This document shows, one piece after another, positions 23,091-34,502 of a stretch of 64,000 nucleotides of DNA (position 1 is its first letter; each line of letters begins with the position of its first letter). This DNA is from an uncultured bacterium. Its GTDB lineage: Bacteria > Krumholzibacteriota > Krumholzibacteriia > Krumholzibacteriales > Krumholzibacteriaceae. The position numbers and the translations under genes are program-made. The DNA lies in assembly GCA_963813815.1 (NCBI GenBank), contig CAWFAD010000006.1, positions 1 through 64,000 on the forward strand, in the 5' to 3' direction. The notes under the pieces are model-generated. The model was not told the origin of the DNA and searched no databases. It was given only the letters and a program-made list of their open reading frames with translations.

Positions 23091-23107
23091 TGGCATATTC
23101 CGTGCCC
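23091..23107 (-). promoter_or_regulatory. Putative sigma54 promoter
   Basis: Minus strand GGGCACG-gaat-ATGC (GG-N10-GC); the same site also reads TGGCATA-ttcc-GTGC on the plus strand. Confidence 0.5.
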
Positions 23108-23409
23108 GGGGAGGGCTCGGCTCGTTCACGCGGTTCAATGATGTCCGGAATCAGCGCTCGCGGAGCCATTCGCCGGCGTCGATTACAGAGATCTCCTCAT
23201 GCCGGACGTTGTCTCGAACCACGAGCATTTCGAGAGCGTGCGGCGGAAAAGCTTCTATATGCTGCGTCGGAAGGCTGGAGCCAACTATCTCGAAGACCTA
23301 TCAGATCAAATTATAGCTACTGCACATTAAAATACGCCCGGCTGCCAAGTCTTCTGCAGACTCAACAGCCGGGCTTCCAAGAACCCGATGTACTAAAAAG
23401 AAACCGGGA

Positions 23410-26400
23410 CTATCGAAGGAGAATCAACTTCTTGGTCATAATGCCTTCCTGGGTTCGCAGCCTAAGGAAAGTATATTCCGCTCGAGACTGGTGCGCCGCT
23501 ATTCTCCATGCCGCTCCATGTCAGGCTGTGCCATCCATCGGACTTATAGTCAGCCAATAGCGTTGCCACATTCCGGCCGTCCACCGAGTACACATCGAGC
23601 TCAACAAAATCTCTCCGCGGTAAGAAAAATGTAATGGTGGTCAATGGATTGAAGGGATTGGAATAGTTTTGCTGCAGAACCACATTGTTGGGCGTTTTGA
23701 GTCTCGTCGGGAGTGTCCGTTATAAGTGTATCAACTATTCTAAACACTTCCGAGTACCCTGAGCGAAGGATGCCGTCGCTGTAATACCCTTGAATCATCA
23801 ACTTGCAGGAATCAGCTACCGATTCCATCACGGTCCATATGTAGTCCGAAGCATTGGGAGCAATGTTGTTGGCGAGCAGCGTGCTATAGTCTCTGCCATT
23901 GTCGCTCGATAAATATATTGAGATCGAATTCAGGCCAGTTTTATATGCGTACCAGCAGATAGCATAGTTACTGCCTCTTAAGAGAGAATAATCCGTGGAT
24001 GGGAACTTGGTAACTAGATATCCAACCTTCATTGTTACTTCTATGGCCGCAAAATCATGGTCCGGATCGTTGCTTGTCAATATGAGGTAAGCATGATAGG
24101 TGCCCTCCGGAAGCCCGGCGGCATCAAACGTAAGCGTTGCCGTGACGCTTTCGCCCTGTGGGAGCTCGCCATAGGTTGGTGATATCGACAGCCAGGGCAC
24201 ATCGGCCATGGCGGATTTCATGGCCGGTGGTCTTCATCCTTTGCCAGTAAATTGGATGAATCCGCCAAGGCCTGCGTATAGTAGTTGGCCTCGTAAACAT
24301 TGAATATTAGCGCTGCCATGCCGTCGTTTTGCACCATCAGGAAGTCTCTCTGCTGAACTGTTCCTATGATTACATCCTCTCGTATTGAATCGGGATAAAT
24401 TGTTGCTATCGGGTTGAGCCCTGTAATCGACGGAATATAGCGGACGAAATTGCTCACACGTGAGCCCCGGCCGTATGGATTGTAATGCGGGCCGATGGGG
24501 GAAGGGATCGTACGGGCCGCTGTTCGAGCCCCACCAGTTGTAGGTGGCATCGATCGTGTCGGTTGACGTGGCCGTGTAGACGCCGTACCACGCGCTGTCC
24601 GCCGCAAGCGAGTTGTAGTGGATAACGGGCAGCGAGCTCGAGCAGTAAATGCCGTAATTGAGCGTACGATCGATAGTGTCACCCTCAATGATCGGATTTG
24701 ATCCATCAACGCGGATCCCACTCGATTTGCTTTGAGTTACCAGAGAGCGACGGACCGTGGAGTTGGCCGCGTTTGTGAAGCCGACAGCGCCCTGGCTGCT
24801 CGACCCCGCATACCGAATGTGGCAATACTCGAGAAGAGAGCCGTCGCTCAAATACAGCCATATCCGATCCCAGTCTCCGGGATTTGGCAGCGATCGCACT
24901 CCCATCCTTGTTCGAGTCTCCGCCGTACGTATCATCTTTCACCGATGTGATCACGATGCTGTCGGTCGGCGTGCCGACAAACTGAAAACCGCCTGGGGTT
25001 CTCTTCGGTCTTCAGTGAGGCGCCCGGCGCCATCTTCACAATCAGTCCGGGCTCCATCGTGAGTATGGCACTGCTGTACATCGCTACGCTCCCAAGCACA
25101 TGAAGCGGATATCCGCTCCGCCGCCAGGTGCAAGTAGAGAGCGACGCAAACGCTGCATGCGTCACTACATCGAGACCATTGCCGGCGAACGTGTTCGCCA
25201 ACTCGGGATACGTGTCCGAGAAGAAATACGGCGAACTGCTCCGGTTAGCGGTAGTCATCCTAAGCGTTACCGCCTCACCCGTGTTATCGGCAAGCCGGTT
25301 GCCCACGATCCACGGACTCGATTCATGCACCCATAACCCACTTGATCCACTCTGACTCACCAGGCATCTGCGGACCGTGGAGTTGGCCGCGTTTGTGAAG
25401 CCGACAGCGCCCTGGCTGCTCGACCCCGCATACCGAATGTGGCAATACTCGAGAAGAGAGCCGTCGCTCAAATACAGCCATATCCGATCCCAGTCTCCGG
25501 GATTTGGCAGCGTCGCACTCCCATCCTTGTTCGAGTCTCCGCCGTACGTATCATCTTTCACCGATGTGATCACGATGCTGTCGGTCGGCGTGCCGACAAA
25601 CTGAAAACCGCCTGGGTTCTCTTCGGTCTTCAGTGAGGCGCCCGGCGCCATCTTCACAATCAGTCCGGGCTCCATCGTGAGTATGGCACTGCTGTACATC
25701 GCTACGCTCCCAAGCACATGAAGCGGATATCCGCTCCGCCGCCAGGTGCAAGTAGAGAGCGACGCAAACGCTGCATGCGTCACTACATCGAGACCATTGC
25801 CGGCGAACGTGTTCGCCAACTCGGGATACGTGTCCGAGAAGAAATACGGCGAACTGCTCCGGTTAGCGGTAGTCATCCTAAGCGTTACCGCCTCACCCGT
25901 GTTATCGGCAAGCCGGTTGCCCACGATCCACGGACTCGATTCATGCACCCATAACCCACTTGATCCACTCTGACTCACTAGAGAGCGACGGATCGTGGAG
26001 TTGCATCCGTTATAAAATTGAACACTACCCATATTCCCAAAACCCGCGTATCTAACATGACAGAATTCCATTATAGAAGTATCATTCTCATCGAGAATGA
26101 TCCTGCCCCAGTCGCCAGGAGATGGACGAGTTGCATTCGCATCGCCGTTTGTATCGCCAGAGTAATAATCATCTTTCAGGGATGTGAAGATAATACTGTC
26201 AGTCGGCGTGCCTACTGCATACAGTTGTGCATTATCCATATGCAATATAGCTCCCGTATCGAACTTGATTACGACTCCGGGATCCAAGGTTAGCGTTATG
26301 GCACCATTAAATTTTACAGTGCCTTGAACAACGTATACTCCCCGGGTCAAGTGCGTTGAGCTATAGTAATTGGCCGCGAGGTATGTCGGCGAAGCATACG

Positions 26401-27936
26401 TAACGGCCAAGTCTGCGTTAATCAGGCCATGACCGAAATAGCGATCCCACAAAGAATCTCCCAAGTCTTCGGATGATGAAAATAGCCTCTGGTTGATTTC
26501 CATCGGCGTTAGATCTGGATTTGCAGAGAGCATTAGAGCAACTACGCCAGAAATCATTGGGGCGGCGTATGATGTTCCCGAGGAGGGCCCAAAGGCTCCC
26601 CCTGGTGCAAGGCATAAGACATCTTTGCCAGGTGCAGCATAATCAGGTTTTTGGAGCGAAGAACTCGGATACTCATAATCTACCCAGGGTTCAATGTTTT
26701 GCCATGTTGTCGGTCCAACTGAGCTGCCTCTCTGTACTTCTATGCTATCTACAGTTTCAGTCCATAGTGCAATCAAATCTTGGTCTGATGTAGCGCCTAT
26801 ACCTATTACCCCGCCGCATACAAGATCACTCGGAGGAGGGACAGCAGCGGGTAATGCAATATTGTAGGGGATAGCCCATCCAGAATCTTGCTCGCTCCGC
26901 AGATAATAATCATTTCCGACACCTGCGACAATTGTAACTCCAGCTCTCTTCGCATTATTGCAGGTTATTCTCCAATAATATTGGTTAAACTCGACCTCGT
27001 CCTGAACTCGAGTATTGCCAGCATTCTGGCTTATGTTGATTACGCCCGCACCATTTGAAACGGCATATTCTAGCGCTTCCATTATTCGGAAAAAACTGAG
27101 ATGAGCGCCGGGTCTGTGATCTTGCATATCATTAATTTTGCCTGAGGTGCCACTCCTGTGATGGGCGCGGTTGTATTTCCGCATATTTTGCTGGCCACAA
27201 TAGTGCCGTGTTGCGTAGTAAGTGTAGTTTCGGGTTCGACATATAAGTACCCGAGATCATCATTCAATTCTAAGAAATTGAATCCATTGATATCATCGAT
27301 GTAGCCATTGCCATCATCATCGAGATTATTGCCTTGCGTTTCACCTGTGTTTATCCACAATTGGTCTCTTTGGAAAAACTGATCGATATCAACGCCTGTA
27401 TCTAGAATTGCTACGACTACTCCTTGTCCCTTTATGCCCTTCTGCCAGGCATTAAACACTTTCATTCTCTTTAATCCCCAGCACGTATCCAAAGGAGAAA
27501 GAGCCGTCTGTTGGAGGAAGTATTCTTCCGGAGAGGAAGATATTTTTTCAAACTCATCGAGCATCGAATATTCAAGGGAAAATTCACTTGCTCTTGCCAT
27601 GATATCATCGAAAAGCGATTTCTTGATTCGAGCCCTTACGGCGTTCAATATCCATAAGCTCTTAATATCAAGTGCATTGTTCCGCAATTTGTGCTCGTCA
27701 AGATAGGTCATAAGCTTTGTCTGCTCTGAGTTCATTGAATTTTGAAGCCGTGAAACAAACTCATTTCCATCTGAGACTTCCGGGTTCTTCAGAAAGAACG
27801 CAACTTGAATGAGATCGTCGGGCTTAGCCTTATTCAAGGCCGTATTGAGTCTCGATTCAACCAATGGAGTGGACTGGGATGCGCTGGTCGAAATGAAGAT
27901 TACGAATGCCGCCAGAGTAATCCCCAATGATTTCAT
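23410..27936 (-). CDS. Large secreted S8 (subtilisin) peptidase with propeptide, beta-helix repeats, Ig-like domains and a FlgD/T9SS-like tail; about 6 frameshifts
   Basis: Triad motifs VAILDTG, HGTIVAS, SGTSYAAP; GD.N.D....P.PGDW repeats; YNWWG; NYSNPFNP...SGIY; shifted end LRLRTQEGIMTKKLILLR-stop at 23410. Confidence 0.88.
24751..25978. repeat. Near-identical tandem duplication (24751-25360 and 25371-25978)
   Basis: Identical peptides recur at a 618-620 bp offset; the visible differences are two 1-bp insertions in the left copy. Confidence 0.95.
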
Positions 27937-28157
27937 GGTTCTCCCCCTATAGGCGTTTGTCGATCGCTTCTAGATACTGCAAAGGAAGGCGATACCGCTT
28001 GTATGCAAAGGCAAATACCCATCCTCCTCTTTGCTTTGCAACGCGAAGCACTCTTGCCGCTTAACTATTATTGAGTGGGGGAATTGTAATCTTAAGTTCA
28101 GAGAGTTGTCAACCAATTATTGAATGTTCTCGAGGCAAGAAATGCTGTGGCAAGAAC

Positions 28158-28186
28158 TTGAAATCGATTGCTGCGGCTATTATAAT
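28158..28186 (+). promoter_or_regulatory. Sigma70 promoter of the moxR/bat operon
   Basis: TTGAAA-17 nt-TATAAT. Confidence 0.75.
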
Positions 28187-28287
28187 CATGAAACATTTTC
28201 CCCGGGAATTTGTACAAGAACACGTTCCGCGTTTTGCCGTCGGGCGCTGGGAACGGGATACGGAGAACGAAGGAGAGGTTCTGAGAT

Positions 28288-29278
28288 ATGGCTATCGACG
28301 TGAAGCAAATCGGCGCGAAGGTGGAGCAGGAGCGGGCGACCCTCGACCGCGTGCGGTCGGAGATCCAGCGGGTCATCGTCGGGCAGGAGGAGCTCATCGA
28401 GCGGCTGCTCGTGGGGCTTCTCTGCAACAATCACATCCTCATCGAGGGAGTGCCGGGTCTCGCGAAAACGCTGTCCGTGACGACGCTGGCGCGAACGATC
28501 CAGGCCTCCTTCCAGCGGATTCAGTTCACGCCGGACCTTCTGCCGGCCGACCTCATCGGCACGCTCATCTACAACCCGCAGAAGGGGGAGTTCACGACGA
28601 AAAAGGGCCCCATCTTCGCCAACATCATCCTCGCCGACGAGATAAACCGCGCTCCGGCCAAGGTCCAGAGCGCGCTCCTCGAGGCGATGCAGGAGCGGCA
28701 GGTCACGATCGGCGGACAAGACGCATCCGCTCGACGAGCCTTTCATGGTGCTCGCGACGCAGAACCCGATCGAGCAGGAGGGGACCTATCCGCTCCCCGA
28801 AGCGCAGGTCGACCGCTTCATGCTGAAGCTCAAGATCACCTATCCGAGCAAGGAAGAGGAGAAGAAGATCCTCGAGCGGATGGCGCGCTCCTCCACCAAG
28901 ATCGACGTTCAGCCCGTCATCACGCCGAAGGATATTCTCAGGCTCCGCGAGCTGCAGGACGAGATCTACATGGACGAGAAGGTCGAGGACTACATCGTCA
29001 ACATCGTTCAGGCGACCCGAACGCCCGAGAAGTTCGGTCTCGACGTCGGCAAGCTCATCCAGTACGGCGCCTCGCCGCGCGCGACGATCTACCTCGCGAT
29101 GGCCTCGCGCGCGCACGCCCTGCTGCAGGGGCGCGGCTACGTGACGCCGCAGGACGTGAAATCGATCGGCATGGACGTGCTGCGCCACCGCGTCATCATC
29201 ACGTACGAGGCCGAGGCCGAGGAGAAGACGTCGGAAGACGTCGTCTCCGCCATCTTCGACAACGTGCCGGTGCCTTGA
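28288..29278 (+). CDS. moxR: MoxR-family AAA+ ATPase, frameshift near 28720
   Basis: [62 protein letters not shown]. Confidence 0.96.
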
Positions 29279-29310
29279 TCTCGGGCGGCTGACGGGCCTC
29301 TAACGCGTGA

Positions 29311-30196
29311 GTGCAAACCATGATATCCGGTGAGCTCGCACGGAAGATACGCATTCTCCAGATCACCACGCGGAAGGTCGTGAACGACGTTCTCGCCGGG
29401 CGAGTACACGAGCGTCTTCAAGGGGCGCGGGATCGAGTTCGACGAGGTGCGCGAGTACCTGCCGGGGGACGACGTCCGAACGATCGACTGGAACGTCACG
29501 GCCCGCACGGGCCGCCCCTACGTGAAGCGCTACGTCGAGGAGCGGGAGCTCACCGTCGTATTCATGGTCGATCTCTCGGCCTCGGGCGCCTTCGGAAGCG
29601 TCCGCAAGCTCAAGAACGAGATCGCCGCCGAGTTCTGCGCGCTTCTTTCGTTTTCGGCGATCAAGAACAACGACAAGGTCGGGCTCATCGTTTTCACCGA
29701 CCGGGTCGAGCTCTACGTGCCGCCCAAGAAGGGGACGACGCACGTGTTGCGGCTCATCAGAGAGCTCCTCAATTTCAAGCCGAAGGCGGCGAAGACCGAT
29801 CTCGCCGGCGCCCTCGATTACCTCGGGAAGGTGTCGAAGAAGCGCGCCGTCGTCTTTCTCGTGAGCGATTTTCAGGCGGAGGGGTTCGAGAAGGCGATGC
29901 GGATCGTCGGCAAGCGCCACGATCTCGTCGCCGTGCCGATCGTCGACCAGCGCGAGGTGCGGCTCCCGAACGTCGGGCTCATCGAGCTCGAGGACGCGGA
30001 AACGGGCGAGATGATCCTCGTCGACACCTCGAGCGCGGCGGTGCGCAAACGCTACGAGCGGCTCGGGCGCGAGCGCTCCGAGCGGTTCAGGGAGCTCTTC
30101 GCTTCGATGGGCGTGGACCAGATCGAGGTCGCGACCGATCGCGACTACATCCCGCGGCTCGTATCGTTCTTCAGGTCGCGGGAGCGGAGATACTAG
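29311..30196 (+). CDS. DUF58 protein, frameshift near 29400
   Basis: REYLPGDDVRTIDWNVTAR, YVEERE, FLVSDF. Confidence 0.93.
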
Positions 30197-30250
30197 GAGC
30201 GCGGCGGCCGCGCTCGGCGCGGCATGCGATGTCATTCGAGGGAGGCTGCA

Positions 30251-31317
30251 ATGCGAAACGATCTCAACCTGAGCGTGCCGGCGGGGAGCGGGCGGGGCGG
30301 CCGGCCGAGCCGGCCGGTCATGGTCTTGCTCGCCATGGTCATAGCGATTCTCGTCGCGCTCGTCATGCTCTTCGGGGTCGGCGGGAGCGGGGCCGCGGTT
30401 CGTTTTCGAGCGGTCTCTCAGCCAAGAAGCTCGAGGCGCTCGCTCTCAAGTTCGAGAATCAAAAGCTGCCCGAGGCCGCGGCGCGCGTCTGGACGGAATA
30501 TCTCGGCGCGGCGAGGCTCGGCGACGAGAGCGCGGCGCGCATCTGGTTCCGGGTGGGCAAGCTCTATCAGGACTCGCACGAGTACGAGCGGGCGCTCGAG
30601 GCGTTGTACCGCTCGGAGGCGCTCGCGAAAGTCTCCGAGATAGAGCCCGAGATAGCGACGCGCGCGGCCGAGTGCCTCGAGGCGATGGGCAAGTTCGCGG
30701 CGCTCGATGAGGCGCTCGCCGAGCGGACGGCGATTCCCGGGGTGAAGGACGCCGGCGCGGCGAAGGGCGGGAAGGACGTCCTCGTCGAGATCGGAACGTG
30801 GAAGATCACCCGCGCCGATCTCGATCTCATGATCGAGGCCGAGATCGACGCCGAGCTCAATCAGATGTCGGGCGGCTTCTCGGCCGAGCAGAAGGCGGCG
30901 CAGAAGAAACAGATCCTCGACGGCCTCCGAAAAGAGGGAGAGCGCGATGCGTGGCTCCAGCGGTTCGTCGCCGAGGAGCTTCTCTACCGTTACGCGCGCG
31001 AGCAGAAGCTCAACGAGGATCCCGCGGTCCGCGCCCTCACGCGGAACCTCGAGCGAAAGGTGCTCGCTCAGGTCCTCATGGATCGCGAGTTCGCGAAGCG
31101 CATCACGATGACGCCCGAGGAGGTGCGCGCCTACTATGACGCTCACCCGGACGAGTTCAAGAAGGACGACTCGCCGCAGCCCTTCGATCAGGTGAAGGAT
31201 CGAGTCGCGGCGTCGCTCCGGTTCCAGAAGGCGATGGAGATCCAGCAGCAGGTCCTCGGGCAGCTCCGCGATAGATATAACGTTGTCATTCACGCGTCGA
31301 AGCTGGGAGAAAAGTAG
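30251..31317 (+). CDS. Membrane-anchored TPR plus SurA/PrsA-like chaperone lacking the PPIase domain, frameshift near 30400
   Basis: N-terminal TM; TPR WFRVGKLYQDSHEYERAL; KITRADLD, EELLYRYA, TPEEVRAYYDAHPDEFK closely followed by PFDQVK. Confidence 0.7.
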
Positions 31318-31332
31318 CCGGGTTTCCTCGAG

Positions 31333-32382
31333 ATGTCGATGATGACGGAACGCTCGAAAAAAGTCCTGACGGCGAGAACGGCGGTAGCGATCGCGGCGGC
31401 GCTGCTGCTCGCCGCCGCCTTTTCGTGCGGCAGGAAGGGCGGCGACGGGAACGAGTATCCCTTCCGCCGCGATTTTCGGAGCGGGCCGGTGGCGTTCCGC
31501 GTTTCGCTCAGCGACAGCGAGGTCACGATCGCCGAGCGCGTGCGCATGATGCTCGAGACGCGCGCCGAGAAGGGTTGGCGCGCGGAGCTCCCGCGCTTCG
31601 GGGACAAGCTGAGCGACTTCGGCATCGTCGACTACCGCAACTTCCAGCCCGAGCTCGGAGACGCGGGCGCGATCGTCACGCGGCGCCTCTACGTGCTCGA
31701 GCCGTTCCTCTCGGGCGAATACAAGATCCCGCCGATGCAGATCCAGTTCTACGCGGAGGGCGACTCGACCCTTCACGTTCTCGAATCCGACACGATCTCC
31801 GTGCTCGTGGCCTCGCTCCTCGGCGCGGATACGACGTCATTCGCCATACACGACATAGCGCCGCCCGCGAGCTATCCTTTCGGTTGGAGGAACGTTCTCG
31901 TCATCGCCGCGTGCGTCGCCGCGGCGGGGGCCGCGGTCTTCATCTTCCTCAAGCGCCGCCGCATCCGCGAGAAGCTCGCCCCGCCGCTCCCCGCGCACGA
32001 GAAGGCGTACCGCCGGCTCCAGCGGCTCCTCGAGAGCGGCCTTCTCGACGAGAAGCGCTACCGCGAGTTCACATCCATCGTGGCGGACATTCTCCGCCAG
32101 TACATCGAGGACCGCTACGGGCTCCGCGCGCCCGAACGCACGACCGAGGAGTTCCTCGTCGAGGCGGGGGCGGGCCTCTCCGTGACGCGCGATCAAAAGG
32201 GCATCCTCGAGGAATTTCTCGTGCATTGCGATCTCGTGAAGTTCGCCGCCCTCGAGCCGTCGCCCGAGGACGTGAAGAGCTCGTTCAACACCTGCAAGGA
32301 TTTCATCGAGGCGACGAAGGAGCGGGAGGAGGTGAAGGCCGCGGCGCGAGACTCCGCGCCGGCGCCCGCGGGCGGCGAGTAG
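31333..32382 (+). CDS. BatD-like/DUF4381-type membrane lipoprotein
   Basis: Lipobox AAFSC, IHDIAPP plus TM, LRQYIE.RYG..APERTTEEFL, DLVKFA. Confidence 0.8.
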   Translation: MSMMTERSKKVLTARTAVAIAAALLLAAAFSCGRKGGDGNEYPFRRDFRSGPVAFRVSLSDSEVTIAERVRMMLETRAEKGWRAELPRFGDKLSDFGIVDYRNFQPELGDAGAIVTRRLYVLEPFLSGEYKIPPMQIQFYAEGDSTLHVLESDTISVLVASLLGADTTSFAIHDIAPPASYPFGWRNVLVIAACVAAAGAAVFIFLKRRRIREKLAPPLPAHEKAYRRLQRLLESGLLDEKRYREFTSIVADILRQYIEDRYGLRAPERTTEEFLVEAGAGLSVTRDQKGILEEFLVHCDLVKFAALEPSPEDVKSSFNTCKDFIEATKEREEVKAAARDSAPAPAGGE

Positions 32383-32406
32383 GCCGTTCCGGGCGGGAGC
32401 CCTTCG

Positions 32407-33486
32407 GTGAACCTTTTTCCCGGCATACGTTTCGCGACGCCGCTCGCCTTCATCGCGATCGTCGCGATCCCGCTGCTCGTCTTCTATCGCTACCGCTTCG
32501 CGCGGCCGGGGACGATGCGTTTCTCGTCGACCGGCGCGGCGCGGCGCGCGGGCGGATCTCTCCGCACGAGGTTCGCGTGGCTGCCGGCGCTGCTCAGGCT
32601 CCTCGCCGTCGCCCTCGTCGTCGTCGCCCTCGCCCGCCCGCAGAAGGGGCACGAAAAGGTGCGGGACGTCACGAAGGGGATCGCGATCGAGATGGTTCTC
32701 GACCGCTCGGGGAGCATGGGAACGGAGATGGATTTCCTCGGCGTCCGCATGGACCGGCTCGCCGCCGTGAAAAAGGTGTTCGAGGAGTTTCTCATGGGGA
32801 ACGACGAGACCCTCAAGGGGCGCCCGAACGACCTCGTCGGCATGGTGGCCTTCGCCCGCTACGCGGACACCATGGCGCCGCTCACGCTCGAGCACGGCGC
32901 GCTGCTCCGTTTCCTCGAGAGCGTGCGGGTCGTCAAGCGGCAGGACGAGGACGGCACCTCGATCGGGGACGCGATCGCGCTCGCGGCGGCGCGGCTCCGC
33001 ACGGCCGAGGAGGAGCTTTCGAAGCGCTCGGCGGAAGAGGGCGACAAGGAATACGAGATTAAGAGCAAGGTCATGATCCTCCTCACGGACGGGCAGAACA
33101 ATTTCGGCAGGCGCTCGCCGCAGGAGGCCGCCGCGCTCGCCCGCGACTGGGGCATCAAGATCTACGCGATCGGAGTCGGCGGCCGCGAGGCCGTGGCCAC
33201 GATGCGCACGCTCTTCGGCGATTTCAAGGTGCCGGTCGGCGAGGGCGTCGACGAGGAGACGCTCCGCACCGTGGCGGACGTCACCGGCGGGCGCTTCTGG
33301 CTCGCCGAGGACGACGAGGGGCTGCGCGACATATACCGGCAGATCGACGAGCTCGAGCGGAGCGAGATCGAGTCCGTCCGGTTCGTCGATTACCAGGAGC
33401 TCTTCGGTCTCTTCGCGCTCGCGGCGCTCGGGTTGCTTCTCGCCGAGGCGGCGCTCGCGAACACCGTGTTCAGGAGAATCCCGTAA
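32407..33486 (+). CDS. batA: vWA-domain protein BatA
   Basis: ALARPQ, MIDAS DRSGSM, GTSIGDAI, LLTDGQNN. Confidence 0.9.
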   Translation: MNLFPGIRFATPLAFIAIVAIPLLVFYRYRFARPGTMRFSSTGAARRAGGSLRTRFAWLPALLRLLAVALVVVALARPQKGHEKVRDVTKGIAIEMVLDRSGSMGTEMDFLGVRMDRLAAVKKVFEEFLMGNDETLKGRPNDLVGMVAFARYADTMAPLTLEHGALLRFLESVRVVKRQDEDGTSIGDAIALAAARLRTAEEELSKRSAEEGDKEYEIKSKVMILLTDGQNNFGRRSPQEAAALARDWGIKIYAIGVGGREAVATMRTLFGDFKVPVGEGVDEETLRTVADVTGGRFWLAEDDEGLRDIYRQIDELERSEIESVRFVDYQELFGLFALAALGLLLAEAALANTVFRRIP

Positions 33487-33488
33487 CG

Positions 33489-34502
33489 ATGCATCTCGGC
33501 GCCGTGCATATGCTCTACCTCCTCTGGCTCGTTCCGGCGATCGTGCTGCTCTACGCGTGGGCGGCGCACCGCCGCCGCGCGATGCTGCGGCGGTTCGTCG
33601 GCGACGAAATCGTCGCGCGGATCGGCCTCTCGCGGAGCCGCTCGGGGAGGGCGTGGAAGGCGGCGCTTTTCGTTCTCGCCTTCGCTCTCGTCGCCTTCGC
33701 GGCGGCGCGCCCCGCGTGGAATCCCAAGCCGCAGACGATCGAACGGCGCGGCCGCGACGTCATGATACTGCTCGACGTCTCGAAGAGCATGCTCGCCGAG
33801 GACCTCGCCCCGAACCGCCTCGAGCGCGCGAAGATCGCCATCGAGGATATGGTCGAACGGCTGCAGGGCGATCGCGTGGGGCTCATCGCCTTCGCCGGCA
33901 CGGCCGTCCTCAAGGTGCCGCTCACGACCGACTATGGATTTTTCGACATCGTGCTCGGCGACATCGACGTCGAGAGCGTCTCGCGGGGCGGAACGAAGAT
34001 CGGGGACGCCATCCGCAAGACGATGGACGAGGGGTTCGACAACGAGGAGAAAAAGTACAAGGACATCATCCTCATCACGGACGGCGAGGATCACGACTCG
34101 TTCCCCGTCGAAGCGGCGGAGGAGGCGGGGCAAAAGGGCATCCGCATCATCGCGATCGGGCTCGGCGACGAAAACGAGGGGCGGCGCATCCCGCTCACGG
34201 ATGAGAACGGCAACCGCTACTATCTCGTCTACGACGGCCAGGAGGTCTGGAGCCGCCTCGACGCGGCCACGCTCCGCAAGATGGCGAACGCGACCCCCGG
34301 CGGAAAATATCTCAACGTCGCGACCGGCGCGATCGATCTCGGCGACGTGTACCTCAAGCTCATCGCGAGCGAGGAGAAGCGGGAGATCGAGACCAAGACG
34401 ATGCAGCTCTACGAGGAGAAGTTTCAGATCTTCCTCGCGATGGCTCTCATGCTGCTCGTCGCCGAGATGATCGTGGGGGAGAGGAGGAGAGGCGCATGGT
34501 GA
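33489..34502 (+). CDS. batB: vWA-domain protein BatB
   Basis: LDVSKSMLAEDLAPNRLERAK, VPLTTDY, LITDGEDH. Confidence 0.9.
   Translation: MHLGAVHMLYLLWLVPAIVLLYAWAAHRRRAMLRRFVGDEIVARIGLSRSRSGRAWKAALFVLAFALVAFAAARPAWNPKPQTIERRGRDVMILLDVSKSMLAEDLAPNRLERAKIAIEDMVERLQGDRVGLIAFAGTAVLKVPLTTDYGFFDIVLGDIDVESVSRGGTKIGDAIRKTMDEGFDNEEKKYKDIILITDGEDHDSFPVEAAEEAGQKGIRIIAIGLGDENEGRRIPLTDENGNRYYLVYDGQEVWSRLDAATLRKMANATPGGKYLNVATGAIDLGDVYLKLIASEEKREIETKTMQLYEEKFQIFLAMALMLLVAEMIVGERRRGAW

Noticed and set aside
24751..25978. Diversity-generating retroelement TR/VR pair
   Set aside because: No adenine-specific mismatches, both copies lie within the coding region, and no reverse transcriptase is in the window
27940..28060. 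c-di-GMP-I riboswitch upstream of the protease (GCAAA words)
   Set aside because: Could not build the P1-P3 pairings in the correct orientation
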